Counted from the first letter of the stretch, positions 47,345 through 56,636 are shown. The stretch: DNA of 64,000 nucleotides from Capsulimonadaceae bacterium (GCA_965215505.1 OZ244065.1:5600001-5664000); one strand, 5' to 3'. The notes: generated by a model from the sequence alone, not told the origin. Numbers and translations are program-made.

Positions 47345-47388
47345 AAAAAGCGACGCTAGGGAGCGCCCCGAGAGGAATCGCCGCAGCC

Positions 47389-47871
47389 GTGCCAGACACC
47401 GATCTCGAAATCGCCAGCGCCACCGCCCTGGCCCACCTGCAAACCCTGCTGACCCTGGGCGAGCTGTCGGCGGTCGCCGCGCCCGAGTCGCTCGAGCGCG
47501 AGACGCTGACGCTCGCCGTCACCGGCCCCGACGCCTCCTTCCTCGTCGGGGCGCATGGGCAGACGCTCGACGCCCTCCAGTACCTGCTGATGCTGATGAC
47601 CAACAAGGGTCAGGGCAGCCGCCTCCGCGTCACCGTGGACGCCGACTCGTACCGCGCCCGCCGCGCCCGGAAGCTGGCCGAGTTCGCAAACGAGTTGGCC
47701 GCCGAGGTGGGCAAGACCGGCCAGGAGGCCATCACGGACGCCTTGAACCCGATGGAGCGCCGCCTCATCCACACCGCCCTGGTGGATCACCCCGACGTCG
47801 AGACATACTCCGAAGGGGACGAGCCGAACCGATACGTCGTCATCACGCCGCGCAAAACGGCGGCGGGCTGA
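47389..47871 (+). CDS. jag: Jag/KhpB/EloR RNA-binding protein (KH + R3H only)
   Basis: LVGAHGQTLDALQYL, ERRLIHTAL, TYSEGDEPNRYVVI. Confidence 0.9.
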   Translation: MPDTDLEIASATALAHLQTLLTLGELSAVAAPESLERETLTLAVTGPDASFLVGAHGQTLDALQYLLMLMTNKGQGSRLRVTVDADSYRARRARKLAEFANELAAEVGKTGQEAITDALNPMERRLIHTALVDHPDVETYSEGDEPNRYVVITPRKTAAG

Positions 47872-47930
47872 CCACCCGTTTTCCGGTCCGTGGACGGGGC
47901 AAAGAGGCAGGCTCTCTTAAAGGGCCTGCC

Positions 47931-47960
47931 TTGACTTTTGTGTGGGGAACCCCGTATAAT
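47931..47960 (+). promoter_or_regulatory. recG promoter, overlapping the jag terminator hairpin
   Basis: TTGACT, 18 nt, TATAAT; hairpin AGGCAGGCTCT...AGGGCCTGCCT at about 47905-47931. Confidence 0.7.
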
Positions 47961-48033
47961 GTCGTGTTAAGCAGCGTTCCTACTAGATGTGCTATGCAGG
48001 CACGGGGCGAGGCGATTGGACTCTCAACACGCT

Positions 48034-50184
48034 ATGGTGACACGCGCTGCTAAGGTGAAAGATTTACCGGAGGACACGGCGGAAGGGGGGCCGCCGGAAG
48101 ATCCGGCGGAGAAGTCGCTCGACGACCTGGTGACCCGCCTGCCCGGCGTCACCGAGCAATTCGCCGCCGCACTAGGCAAGGGGCTGGCCGTCCACACGGT
48201 CGGCGATCTGCTGCGCCACTACCCGCGCCGCTACGAGGACCGAACCCACTTCAAGCCCATCTGCGACGTCCGGCACGGCGAAGCGGTGACCATCAGCGGC
48301 AAGGTGATCAGCGTCGAGAACATCCCGACCCGCTCCCGCGTCACGCTCACCAAGGTCGCCCTGGATGACCGCAGCGGCATCGCCTTCCTCGTCTTCTTCA
48401 ACCAGTGGTATCTCAAGAAGCAGTTCGACAAGCTGCGCGGCAAGGTCGTCGTCGCCTACGGCAAGTCCTCCCGCGCCGGGCGCGGCGGCCTGGACATGAC
48501 GGATGTGGAATGGGAAGCGCCCGAGGACGACAAAGATGCTCTGTCTTCGGGCCGCATCGTGCCGGTCTACCCGCTCACCGAGGGCGCGTTGCAGGCGCGC
48601 GTCCGCCGGGCCGTTTGGTGCGCCCTGGAGGAGTACGGTGATCTGGCCGAGGAAACTCTGCCGCCGGACCTGCGCGGCCGCCGGGACCTGCCGCCGCTGG
48701 CCGACGCCTTGCGCGCGATCCATTTCCCCGAGACGGAGGAAACCCGGCTGGCCGCCCAGCGCCGGTTCGTCTTCGATGAGTTCTTCGGCCTCCAGCTCCT
48801 GCTCGCCGTCCGCAAGCGCCAGGCCGACAAGATGCAGGGCACGGCCTTCGCTGAGACGAGTGGCCCGATCGCCGAACTCCGGGGGGTCCTGCCGTACCCC
48901 CTGACCGGCGCGCAGGACCGCGTCATCGGCGAGCTTGCCCTCGACATGGCCTCCACGCGGCCCATGAACCGGCTGGTGCAGGGGGACGTCGGCGCGGGCA
49001 AGACCGTCGTCGCCATGTCCGCCCTGCTGATCGCGGTCCGCAACGGCTACCAGGCCGCCCTGATGGCCCCGACGGAGATACTCGCCGAGCAGCACTATCT
49101 GGGCATCCGGCGCACGATGGAGTCGCTGGGCGTCACGGTCACGCTGCTCTCCGGCAGCCTGCCCGCGAAGGAGAAACGCGCCGCCCTGGCCGCCGCCGCC
49201 TCGGGCGAGGCGAACATCGTGGTCGGGACGCACGCGCTCATCCAGGATGACGTAGTCTTCCACCGCCTGGGCCTGGGCGTCGTGGACGAGCAGCACCGCT
49301 TCGGCGTCATGCAGCGCGCCGCCCTGAAGCAGAAGGGCTTTTCGCCGGACGTCCTGGTCATGACCGCGACGCCGATCCCGCGCACACTGACCTTGACCGT
49401 CTACGGCGACCTCGACGTCAGCATCATCGACCAGTTGCCGCCGGGCCGCAAGCCCATCAAGACGCACTGGAAGCGCAGCCACGAGCGTCAGGCCGTTTAT
49501 GAAACCCTGCGCCGTTTGCTGAAAGAGGGCCGCCAGGCGTATGTCATTTGCAGCCTGATCGAAGAAAACGAGAAGCTGCAAGCCCGCGCCGCGACTGAGC
49601 TTGCGAGCCACTTGCAGACCCACGTCTTCACCGAGTACAAAGTCGGCCTGCTGCACGGCCAGATGAAGCCCCTGGAGAAGGAAGCCACCATGACGAGCTT
49701 CCGCGACCGCGAGTTGCAGCTTCTGGTATCCACCACGGTCATCGAGGTCGGCGTGGACGTGCCCAACGCCTCGGTCATCGTCATCGAGGATGCCGACCGG
49801 TTCGGCATGGCCCAGCTCCATCAGCTCCGGGGGCGGGTAGGGCGCGGCGATACGCAGTCCTACTGCCTGCTCATCGGCGACCCGAAGACGGAAGACGGCT
49901 CCTCCCGCCTGACCACGATGGCCCAGACGACCGACGGCTTTCTGATCGCCGAGGAGGACCTGAAGCTGCGGGGTCCGGGCGACTTCTACGGCACGCGCCA
50001 GTCCGGCCTCCAGCCCTTGCCGTTCATTGACGTCGTCCGCGACGTGCCCGTCCTGAAGGAAGCCCGCGAGGAGGCGTTCGCCTTGCTGCTGGACGACCCG
50101 AAGCTCGCCCGCCCCGAACACGCCGCGTTGAAAGCCGTCGTCAAGAGCAAATACAAGAACGTGCTGGGGCTGTCGGCGAGTTAA
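48034..50184 (+). CDS. recG: ATP-dependent DNA helicase RecG
   Basis: QGDVGAGKT, MAPTEILAEQH, DEQHRFG, MTATPIPRTL, QLHQLRGRVGRG, LRGPG. Confidence 0.97.
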   Translation: MVTRAAKVKDLPEDTAEGGPPEDPAEKSLDDLVTRLPGVTEQFAAALGKGLAVHTVGDLLRHYPRRYEDRTHFKPICDVRHGEAVTISGKVISVENIPTRSRVTLTKVALDDRSGIAFLVFFNQWYLKKQFDKLRGKVVVAYGKSSRAGRGGLDMTDVEWEAPEDDKDALSSGRIVPVYPLTEGALQARVRRAVWCALEEYGDLAEETLPPDLRGRRDLPPLADALRAIHFPETEETRLAAQRRFVFDEFFGLQLLLAVRKRQADKMQGTAFAETSGPIAELRGVLPYPLTGAQDRVIGELALDMASTRPMNRLVQGDVGAGKTVVAMSALLIAVRNGYQAALMAPTEILAEQHYLGIRRTMESLGVTVTLLSGSLPAKEKRAALAAAASGEANIVVGTHALIQDDVVFHRLGLGVVDEQHRFGVMQRAALKQKGFSPDVLVMTATPIPRTLTLTVYGDLDVSIIDQLPPGRKPIKTHWKRSHERQAVYETLRRLLKEGRQAYVICSLIEENEKLQARAATELASHLQTHVFTEYKVGLLHGQMKPLEKEATMTSFRDRELQLLVSTTVIEVGVDVPNASVIVIEDADRFGMAQLHQLRGRVGRGDTQSYCLLIGDPKTEDGSSRLTTMAQTTDGFLIAEEDLKLRGPGDFYGTRQSGLQPLPFIDVVRDVPVLKEAREEAFALLLDDPKLARPEHAALKAVVKSKYKNVLGLSAS

Positions 50185-50195
50185 GGCATAATCTT

Positions 50196-50462
50196 GTGGA
50201 CGAGGAAACAAACCACCTTCCATATTTCGGGGAGGTCTTACCGGACGGCAGCCTGAGCATTCCCACTTTTGGGTGTTCATCAAGTGGTGAAAAATGGGAT
50301 GGGCGCGTTGTAGTGACGCCGGAACACCCAAGCTACGCGCTCTGGCTATCACAGATCAACAACCAAGCCGCCTATCATGCGGCTCTCGCCGAAGAGCGGA
50401 GGCAAGCGAGAGAACAGAGAAGGCAGGGGAGCAGAGGGCGAAGGCAAGAGCGTCAGCCATGA
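50196..50462 (+). CDS. Hypothetical protein (88 aa)
   Basis: GTG-started ORF filling the gap, with ATGA overlap to the next gene; lower GC. Confidence 0.45.
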   Translation: MDEETNHLPYFGEVLPDGSLSIPTFGCSSSGEKWDGRVVVTPEHPSYALWLSQINNQAAYHAALAEERRQAREQRRQGSRGRRQERQP

Positions 50463-50671
50463 CAAACTGCGTTGAGGGCCAGTACACTTCCGATGCTGAC
50501 GGCAAAGAGATCGGCGTTATTCTGCCAATCAAGCTTTGGCACGAGATCAACTCCGAGCGCGAAACGGCCCACCTCCTGAAAAGCGAGAACATGAAGCGCC
50601 GCCTGTTGGAAGCCAAAGGGGGCGAGAATGTTATCCCTTCTGACAAGGTCTTTTATCTACTTGGCTTGTGA
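50459..50671 (+). CDS. Phd/YefM-like antitoxin (no cognate YoeB toxin seen)
   Basis: GVILPIKLW...ETAHLLKSENMKRRLLEA resembles the YefM ET.YLL.S..N..RL helix. Confidence 0.6.
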   Translation: MTNCVEGQYTSDADGKEIGVILPIKLWHEINSERETAHLLKSENMKRRLLEAKGGENVIPSDKVFYLLGL

Positions 50672-50695
50672 CCAGTCGCGGAGGAGCAACAGACT

Positions 50696-50980
50696 ATGAC
50701 ACTTACAATCACACCACAGACGGAAGCCCTGCTGCTGGCGAAAGCCGAGCGAGACGGCGGAGACATCAATACCGTTGCGGACGTGCTGCTGGCGTATATT
50801 CTCGCGCGTGAGCAGGAGGAAGAGATTGCCGCATTGCGCGTCGGACTGGAGGCGAGTGACGCGGGGCGTGTCCGTTCACTAGCCGAAGTCGCCGCAGAGA
50901 AGCGCGCTAAGTATCACCTGCCGACACACCTCTCCGATGAAGAAATTTTCTCGGGTGAAGAAGGTATCCCCCGCAAGTGA
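50696..50980 (+). CDS. Putative antitoxin (ParD-like)
   Basis: MTLTITPQTE..., ALRVGLEASDAGRV; RBS GGAGGAG; coupled to the ParE gene. Confidence 0.7.
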   Translation: MTLTITPQTEALLLAKAERDGGDINTVADVLLAYILAREQEEEIAALRVGLEASDAGRVRSLAEVAAEKRAKYHLPTHLSDEEIFSGEEGIPRK

Positions 50981-51327
50981 GCTTCATCGTTGAGACTTCG
51001 GACGTTGCCGAGGCTGAGATCGACGCGGCCTACTTCCGGCTCTCTGCCCGGAACCCTGAGTTCGCGGGCCGCTGGCTGGAAGGTATCTATCGCAAAATCG
51101 CTACGCTTGACACATTCCCAATGAGCCATGCCCGTGTCTCGGAGAGCGACGTTTTAGGTCGCGAGGTGCGGCGGATGCTCTACCGCAACGGGAGGACCGT
51201 CTACCGGATTTTGTTCACGCTGATGGACACCGATGGCGACGGTGAAGCCGACACGGTGCGCGTCCTGCGCGTCCTTCATGGGGCGCAGCAACCGCTCAGG
51301 CAGCGGAGTGACGAGGACGACAGATGA
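50977..51327 (+). CDS. RelE/ParE family toxin
   Basis: AEAEID, IATLDTFP, YRILF, VRVLRVLHGAQ. Confidence 0.88.
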   Translation: MSFIVETSDVAEAEIDAAYFRLSARNPEFAGRWLEGIYRKIATLDTFPMSHARVSESDVLGREVRRMLYRNGRTVYRILFTLMDTDGDGEADTVRVLRVLHGAQQPLRQRSDEDDR

Positions 51328-51803
51328 CCGCCGTCTATCCCGGCAGCTTTGACCCCGTGACCAGCGGGCACTACGACATCATCGTCCGGGCGGCGGGGAT
51401 GTTCGAGACGCTTACCGTGCTGGTGGCCGCGAACTCCGCCAAGTCCCCGCTGTTCACGGCGGAGGAGCGGGTGGCCCTGCTGCGGCAGTCCTGCGCCGCC
51501 CTGCCCAACGTCAGGGTCGAGATGCTGCCGCCCACGCTGCTGGTGCAGTATGTGGCGCAGAACGGCGCGAAGGTCATCGTCAAGGGCCTGCGGGCCGTCT
51601 CGGACTTCGAATACGAGTTCCAGATGGCGCTGCTCAACCGGCACCTGGAGCCGGGCGTCGAGACGATCTTTTTGATGACGGCAGCGGAACACTCGTACCT
51701 GTCGTCCAGCATCGTGAAAGAGATCGCGCGTTTGGGCGGTGACATCGCCGGGCTGGTCCCCGAAGTCGTCCGGTCCGCGCTGGAACAAAAGTTCGGCCGG
51801 TGA
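51324..51803 (+). CDS. coaD: Phosphopantetheine adenylyltransferase
   Basis: YPGSFDPVTSGH, GLRAVSDFEYE, SSSIVKEIA. Confidence 0.97.
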   Translation: MTAVYPGSFDPVTSGHYDIIVRAAGMFETLTVLVAANSAKSPLFTAEERVALLRQSCAALPNVRVEMLPPTLLVQYVAQNGAKVIVKGLRAVSDFEYEFQMALLNRHLEPGVETIFLMTAAEHSYLSSSIVKEIARLGGDIAGLVPEVVRSALEQKFGR

Positions 51804-51900
51804 CGAGAGTTTTGGCCGGTAAGGGCCAGTCGCAGATAACCACAACCGAAACCTTACCAATGAAACACAAAAAAGGAACGGCCCGATAAAGGGGGACACA

Positions 51901-52575
51901 ATGGACATCATCAAACTGCTGAATGAGCTGGAACGGCTGATCGAGGGGCAGAAGACCTTCGTCGGCTTCACCTACGACTTCCACTCCGACGACTATCTGG
52001 ACATCACCAACAAGATCCGCGCCTCGCTGCCCGAGGAAGTCAAGCGCGCCAGCCGCCTGACAGCGGAGAGTGACAAGATCGTGGACGGCGCGCGCGAGGC
52101 CGCCGAGCAGACCCTGGAAGACGCCACGGTGGAGGCCGACGAGATCGTCCGCGAGTCGCGCATCAACGCCGAAAGGATGCTGCGCGAGGCCGAGGCGCAG
52201 GCCAACAAGATGACGCTGTCCGCCGAGGCGACCGCCAAGCAGGGCGTCGAGGACGCACGCCAGCGGGCGGAGAAGATGCTGGCCGACGCCCACCAGCAGT
52301 CCGAGATGATGGTCAGCCAGAGCGAGGTCGTCCGGCTCGCCACCGCCCAGGCCCGCGAGATCGTTGCCGCCGCCGAGTACGAGACGCAGTCGCTCCGGCA
52401 CGGGGCCGACGAGTACGCGCACGGCGTCATGACCGACCTGGAGAAGCAGGTGGGCGAGCTGATGGCGACTATACAGCGCGGGCGGGTAAAACTCGACCAG
52501 CGCGTCGCCGTCGCCGGCCCGCCCCACGTTGCCAACGGGAACGGCCGCGCGCCGGAAATGGCCGCGCGCCGCTGA
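51901..52575 (+). CDS. Coiled-coil protein (DivIVA/ATP-synthase-subunit-like) typical downstream of coaD
   Basis: IRASLPEEVKRA, AxxI..EA heptads, GADEYA..V...LE. Confidence 0.8.
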   Translation: MDIIKLLNELERLIEGQKTFVGFTYDFHSDDYLDITNKIRASLPEEVKRASRLTAESDKIVDGAREAAEQTLEDATVEADEIVRESRINAERMLREAEAQANKMTLSAEATAKQGVEDARQRAEKMLADAHQQSEMMVSQSEVVRLATAQAREIVAAAEYETQSLRHGADEYAHGVMTDLEKQVGELMATIQRGRVKLDQRVAVAGPPHVANGNGRAPEMAARR

Positions 52576-52588
52576 AGCCCCCGGCGGC

Positions 52589-52736
52589 TTGATTTTTCCC
52601 GTTTTTGTGGTAGAATAGGGGGCGGCTTTGACTGTCCTGCGCTCCGCGCCGCCTGGCCCGTGCCGGAGGGGGAAGGGCGGGCGTAGCCGCAAGAGGAAGG
52701 CCGAGGGCCAAGTGCCGAGGAGTAGAGGCCGCCGCC
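52589..52736 (+). promoter_or_regulatory. Promoter and structured 5' leader of the yceD-rpmF-fab operon
   Basis: TTGATT, 16 nt, TAGAAT (TG-extended); 52621-52633 pairs with 52721-52733. Confidence 0.55.
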
Positions 52737-53243
52737 ATGCTGCGCTATGATCTGACGGAACTGTTGCGGACCCCTGGGATGCGGCAGGTTTTTGAAATCC
52801 ACGAGGCCCCCTATACCGACGAAGACGTGGAGTACGTCGCGCCGGTCGTCGGGCGCGTCGTCGTCACCAATACTGGGACGATGGTCCTGGTGCGCGGCCC
52901 GATAGACACGGTGATCGCGCTCGAGTGCAGCCGCTGCCTCGACCCGGTCCGCGCCCCGATCCACGCGGACCTGGAAGAAGAGTTCGACCTCAACGTCGTC
53001 GAAGAAGGCATCCGCCACGACAAGGACGTGCAGGTGGTCGAGGAGGAGGTGGGCCGCGTGTTCGAGGGGAAGACCCTCCAGCTCGACGTACTCATCCGGC
53101 AGGCCGCCCTGCTGAACGCGCCGCTCCAGCCGCTCTGCCGGGAGAACTGTCCGGGCATACCCGTACAAGAGACTCAGGACCCTGACGAGGAGGCGGTGAA
53201 GAACTCGCCCTTCCATGCGCTGGGTCAACTGTTAAAAGAATAA
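52737..53243 (+). CDS. DUF177 (YceD) protein
   Basis: ECSRCL, PLCRENCPGI, PF.AL; located upstream of rpmF. Confidence 0.92.
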   Translation: MLRYDLTELLRTPGMRQVFEIHEAPYTDEDVEYVAPVVGRVVVTNTGTMVLVRGPIDTVIALECSRCLDPVRAPIHADLEEEFDLNVVEEGIRHDKDVQVVEEEVGRVFEGKTLQLDVLIRQAALLNAPLQPLCRENCPGIPVQETQDPDEEAVKNSPFHALGQLLKE

Positions 53244-53280
53244 ATTTCGTTCCATAATTTCGTTCCGAGGAGACCGTTCC

Positions 53281-53511
53281 ATGCCACTGCCGAAGCGACG
53301 CCATTCCAACCAGCGCACCCGCAAGCGCCGTACTCACTATAAGCTCACCCCGCCGACCCTGGCGCGCACGAGCGTCTGCCCCATCGCGTCACAGCGCGGC
53401 GGCTGCCCCGTCTTCCAGTACCGCCTGGACCACCACGCCTGCCCCGAGTGCGGCTTCTACGACGGCAAACAGGCGGTCGTAATCAAAGAAAAAGCGACCG
53501 CTGAAGAGTAA
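53281..53511 (+). CDS. rpmF: 50S ribosomal protein L32
   Basis: MPLPKRRHSNQRTRKRRTH...HHACPECGFYDG. Confidence 0.95.
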   Translation: MPLPKRRHSNQRTRKRRTHYKLTPPTLARTSVCPIASQRGGCPVFQYRLDHHACPECGFYDGKQAVVIKEKATAEE

Positions 53512-54555
53512 ATGATGCCCATGAAGATCGCGGTTGACGCGATGGGCGGCGACCACGCCCCCGCCGAAGTCATCAAAGGGGCGCTCCAGGTGGCGCGCGA
53601 TTCGGCGGGAGTGCAGATCGTCCTGGTCGGCGACGAGGCCGCCATCCGGGCCGTGCTGGACACCCAGGAAGGTGTCCCCGACAGTGTGACCGTCCGTCAC
53701 GCCTCTCAGGCGGTCGCCATGGGCGAACACCCCGTTCAGGCGACGCGGCGCAAGCGGGATTCTTCCCTGGTCGTCGCGGGCATGATGGTCAAGAACGGCG
53801 AGGCTGACGCGACATTCAGCGCCGGCAATACCGGTGCGGCGATGGCGATCGCGACGCTCGACATCGGGCGCATCCCCGGCATCGAGCGCCCCGCCATCGG
53901 CACCAGCATCCCGACCATCCAGGGCCAGGCGCTTCTCGTGGATGCCGGTGCGAACGTGGACTGTTCGCCGCGCAACCTGCTCCAGTTCGCCCTCCTCGGG
54001 GCGATCTACGCGGAGCGCGTCCTGAAGGTGCCGAACCCCAAGGTCGGCCTGCTGAACATCGGCGCGGAGGAGGGCAAGGGCAACGACCTGACCAAAGAGG
54101 CATTCCGCCTCCTCAGGGCCACCTCGCTCAACTTTTTCGGCAATGTCGAGGGCAAGGACGTCTTCGAACACGCGGTTGATGTGGTGATCTGTGACGGCTT
54201 CGCCGGGAACGTGTTGCTTAAGAGCGGCGAAGGCATGGCCGAAATGGTCTTCGACCTGATGCAGCGCGAGATCAACATGCAGCGCGAGGCCAGCACGGAC
54301 CCGCTCGTCGCTGAGGCGCTCGACCTGTTCACGCCGATCCTGCGCCGCGTGACCCAGCGTGTCCACTACTCCGAGTTCGGCGGCGCACCCCTCCTGGGTG
54401 CCAACGGTGCCTCGTTCATCGCCCACGGCCGCTCCAACGCCAAGGCAATCGCCGGCGGGCTGCGTACCGCCATAACGGCTGCGGGCAGCGGCTACGTCCA
54501 GGCCATCCGTGAGGCGCTCCCCGGTCTAGAGGGCAAGGCTGAAGGCAAGGCATGA
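53512..54555 (+). CDS. plsX: Phosphate acyltransferase
   Basis: IAVDAMGGDHAP, SAGNTGA, DAGAN, LLNIGAEEGKG, DGFAGN, HGRS. Confidence 0.97.
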   Translation: MMPMKIAVDAMGGDHAPAEVIKGALQVARDSAGVQIVLVGDEAAIRAVLDTQEGVPDSVTVRHASQAVAMGEHPVQATRRKRDSSLVVAGMMVKNGEADATFSAGNTGAAMAIATLDIGRIPGIERPAIGTSIPTIQGQALLVDAGANVDCSPRNLLQFALLGAIYAERVLKVPNPKVGLLNIGAEEGKGNDLTKEAFRLLRATSLNFFGNVEGKDVFEHAVDVVICDGFAGNVLLKSGEGMAEMVFDLMQREINMQREASTDPLVAEALDLFTPILRRVTQRVHYSEFGGAPLLGANGASFIAHGRSNAKAIAGGLRTAITAAGSGYVQAIREALPGLEGKAEGKA

Positions 54556-55541
54556 CTCAGACGACCCCGCTGCGCCGTGCCGGCATCCTCGGCACCGGCT
54601 CCTTCGTGCCGCCCAAAGTCGTCACCAATGATGACCTCGCCGCCCGCATGGACACCACGGACGAGTGGATCGCCAGCCGGACCGGGATACGCTCCCGCCA
54701 CATCGTCGAGCCTGGCGTCCTGACTTCCGATCTCGCCGCCGCCGCCGCCCGGAATGCTCTGGCCGGTTCGGGCCTGACGGCCTCCGACCTGGATCTGATC
54801 ATCGTCGCCAGTTCCACGCCCGACTATCCCGGCTCTTTTCCCTCGACGGCGACGGTCGTTCAGGCAAGCCTCGGCGCGGCCAATGCCGCCGCCTTCGACC
54901 TGGGCGCGGTCTGCTCAGGCTTCGCTTATGCGCTGCATGTCGCCGCCCAGATGGTCGCGACGGGAGCCAACCGCCACGTTTTGGTCATCGGGGCTGAGAC
55001 GTTCTCGCGGGTCCTGAACTGGGACGACCGCAGCACCGCCGTCCTGTTCGGCGACGGCGCGGGGGCGGTCATCGTCGGCGAGGTGCCGGAGGGCGGTTAC
55101 CTCGGCGGCGTCCTGGGCGCGGACGGGGTGGGCGGCGAGCTGCTGTGCATCACGCGCAGCGGGGAATGCCCCGGCACGATCTACCAGAATGGCCGTGAGG
55201 TCTACAAGTTCGCCGTGCAGATCATGGGCGAAGTCGCGCTCAAAGCCGTCGAGGCCGCCGGCCTGACGCCCACAGACATTGACTTGCTGATCCCGCACCA
55301 GGCCAACATCCGAATCATCGAGAAGGCCGCCGAGCGTATGGGGCTGCCGCGCGAGAAAGTCGTCGTCAACCTGGACCGCTACGGCAACACCTCCGCCGCT
55401 TCCATCCCGCTCGCGCTGGACGAGGCCGCTCGGGCGGGGCGGCTCCAGCCCGGCAGCCTGCTCGTCCTCGTCGGATTCGGGGCGGGCCTGACCTGGGGCG
55501 CGAACGTCATCCGCTGGTCCGGTAACACCATCAATGGCTAA
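54552..55541 (+). CDS. fabH: 3-oxoacyl-ACP synthase III
   Basis: EWI..RTGI, AVCSGF, LFGDGAGA, PHQANIRII, YGNTSAAS, GFGAG. Confidence 0.97.
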   Translation: MTQTTPLRRAGILGTGSFVPPKVVTNDDLAARMDTTDEWIASRTGIRSRHIVEPGVLTSDLAAAAARNALAGSGLTASDLDLIIVASSTPDYPGSFPSTATVVQASLGAANAAAFDLGAVCSGFAYALHVAAQMVATGANRHVLVIGAETFSRVLNWDDRSTAVLFGDGAGAVIVGEVPEGGYLGGVLGADGVGGELLCITRSGECPGTIYQNGREVYKFAVQIMGEVALKAVEAAGLTPTDIDLLIPHQANIRIIEKAAERMGLPREKVVVNLDRYGNTSAASIPLALDEAARAGRLQPGSLLVLVGFGAGLTWGANVIRWSGNTING

Positions 55542-56499
55542 AATCGCCTACATTTTCCCCGGTCAGGGGTCACAGGCCGTCGGCATGGGGCAGAACCTGT
55601 GCGCGCACTCCCCCGCCGCACTGGCCGCCTTTGACGAGGCGGACTCGCTCATCGGGACCAAGCTGAGTACGCTCTGCTTCTACGGTCCGGAGGAGTCGCT
55701 GCGCCAGACCACTTACACGCAGCCCGCCCTCTACGTCACGTCCGTCGCCGCCCTGCGCGCCTTGCGGGAGGCCGGGGCCGCCCCGCCCGAGGCCTTCGCG
55801 GGCCACTCCGTGGGCGAATACGCCGCCCTTTTTGCGGCGGGGGGCTTTGACTTTGAAACCGGCCTGCGCCTCGTCGAGCGTCGCGCGCAGGAGATGCACC
55901 GGGCGACGCTCGCGCGCCCCGGCGCGATGGCCGCCGTCCTGGGCCTGACCGGGCCGGAAGTGGCGGCGGCCTGCGCCGAGGCCGAGGCGGGCGGCGCGGG
56001 CGCGGTCCAGCCCGCGAACTTCAACGGCGGCGGCCAGGTTGTGATCTCGGGCAGCCCCGAAGGCGTCGCCCGCGCGTCGGAAATTGCGAAAACGAACGGC
56101 GCGCGGCGGGTCCTGCCGCTGGCTGTCTCCGGCGCATTCCATTCGCCTCTGATGGCACCCGCCGTGGAGGCCATGTCTTACGCCCTTGCCGACGCCGCGA
56201 TTCTTGACACAACCCTGCCCGTGGTCGCAAACCTCTCGGCGGAGTACGAAACCCGGCCGGACGAGATCCGGGCCAGCCTGGCCGCACAGATAGATCACCC
56301 GGTCCGGTGGGAAGAAAGCATCGCGCGGCTTATCGCCGACGGTTTTGACACCTTCGTCGAGGTCGGGGCGGGGACCGTGCTGACCGGCCTGATGAAGCGG
56401 ATCGCGCCGGACGTGCGCGCCTTCAGCGTCGGCGACAGTGCCGGCGTGAAAGCGTTCGTGGAGGCAGTGGGCGCGAAAAATCCGCCCGCCGGGTCTTGA
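55534..56499 (+). CDS. fabD: Malonyl-CoA:ACP transacylase
   Basis: FPGQGSQ, GHSVGEY, SGAFHS. Confidence 0.97.
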   Translation: MAKIAYIFPGQGSQAVGMGQNLCAHSPAALAAFDEADSLIGTKLSTLCFYGPEESLRQTTYTQPALYVTSVAALRALREAGAAPPEAFAGHSVGEYAALFAAGGFDFETGLRLVERRAQEMHRATLARPGAMAAVLGLTGPEVAAACAEAEAGGAGAVQPANFNGGGQVVISGSPEGVARASEIAKTNGARRVLPLAVSGAFHSPLMAPAVEAMSYALADAAILDTTLPVVANLSAEYETRPDEIRASLAAQIDHPVRWEESIARLIADGFDTFVEVGAGTVLTGLMKRIAPDVRAFSVGDSAGVKAFVEAVGAKNPPAGS

Positions 56500-56524
56500 C
56501 AACACGGGGCGGTTTGGATATAGT
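56496..56524 (+). promoter_or_regulatory. Sigma70-type promoter of acpP
   Basis: TTGACA (56496-56501), 17 nt, TATAGT (56519-56524). Confidence 0.75.
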
Positions 56525-56636
56525 AGAGGGCAGCGCCGGGACGACCCGAGACGGGCCGCTGCCCCAGCCGGCCGTCAGGCGAAATCTTTAAACGAATCAT
56601 TGCACAAGAACAGGGAAGCCTGAGGAGGAAGAAAAC

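Noticed and set aside
47304-48053. 249-aa ORF as a frameshifted full-length Jag
   Set aside because: It is Arg-rich off-frame sequence with no Jag_N-like residues; the KH/R3H motifs are in the 47389 frame.
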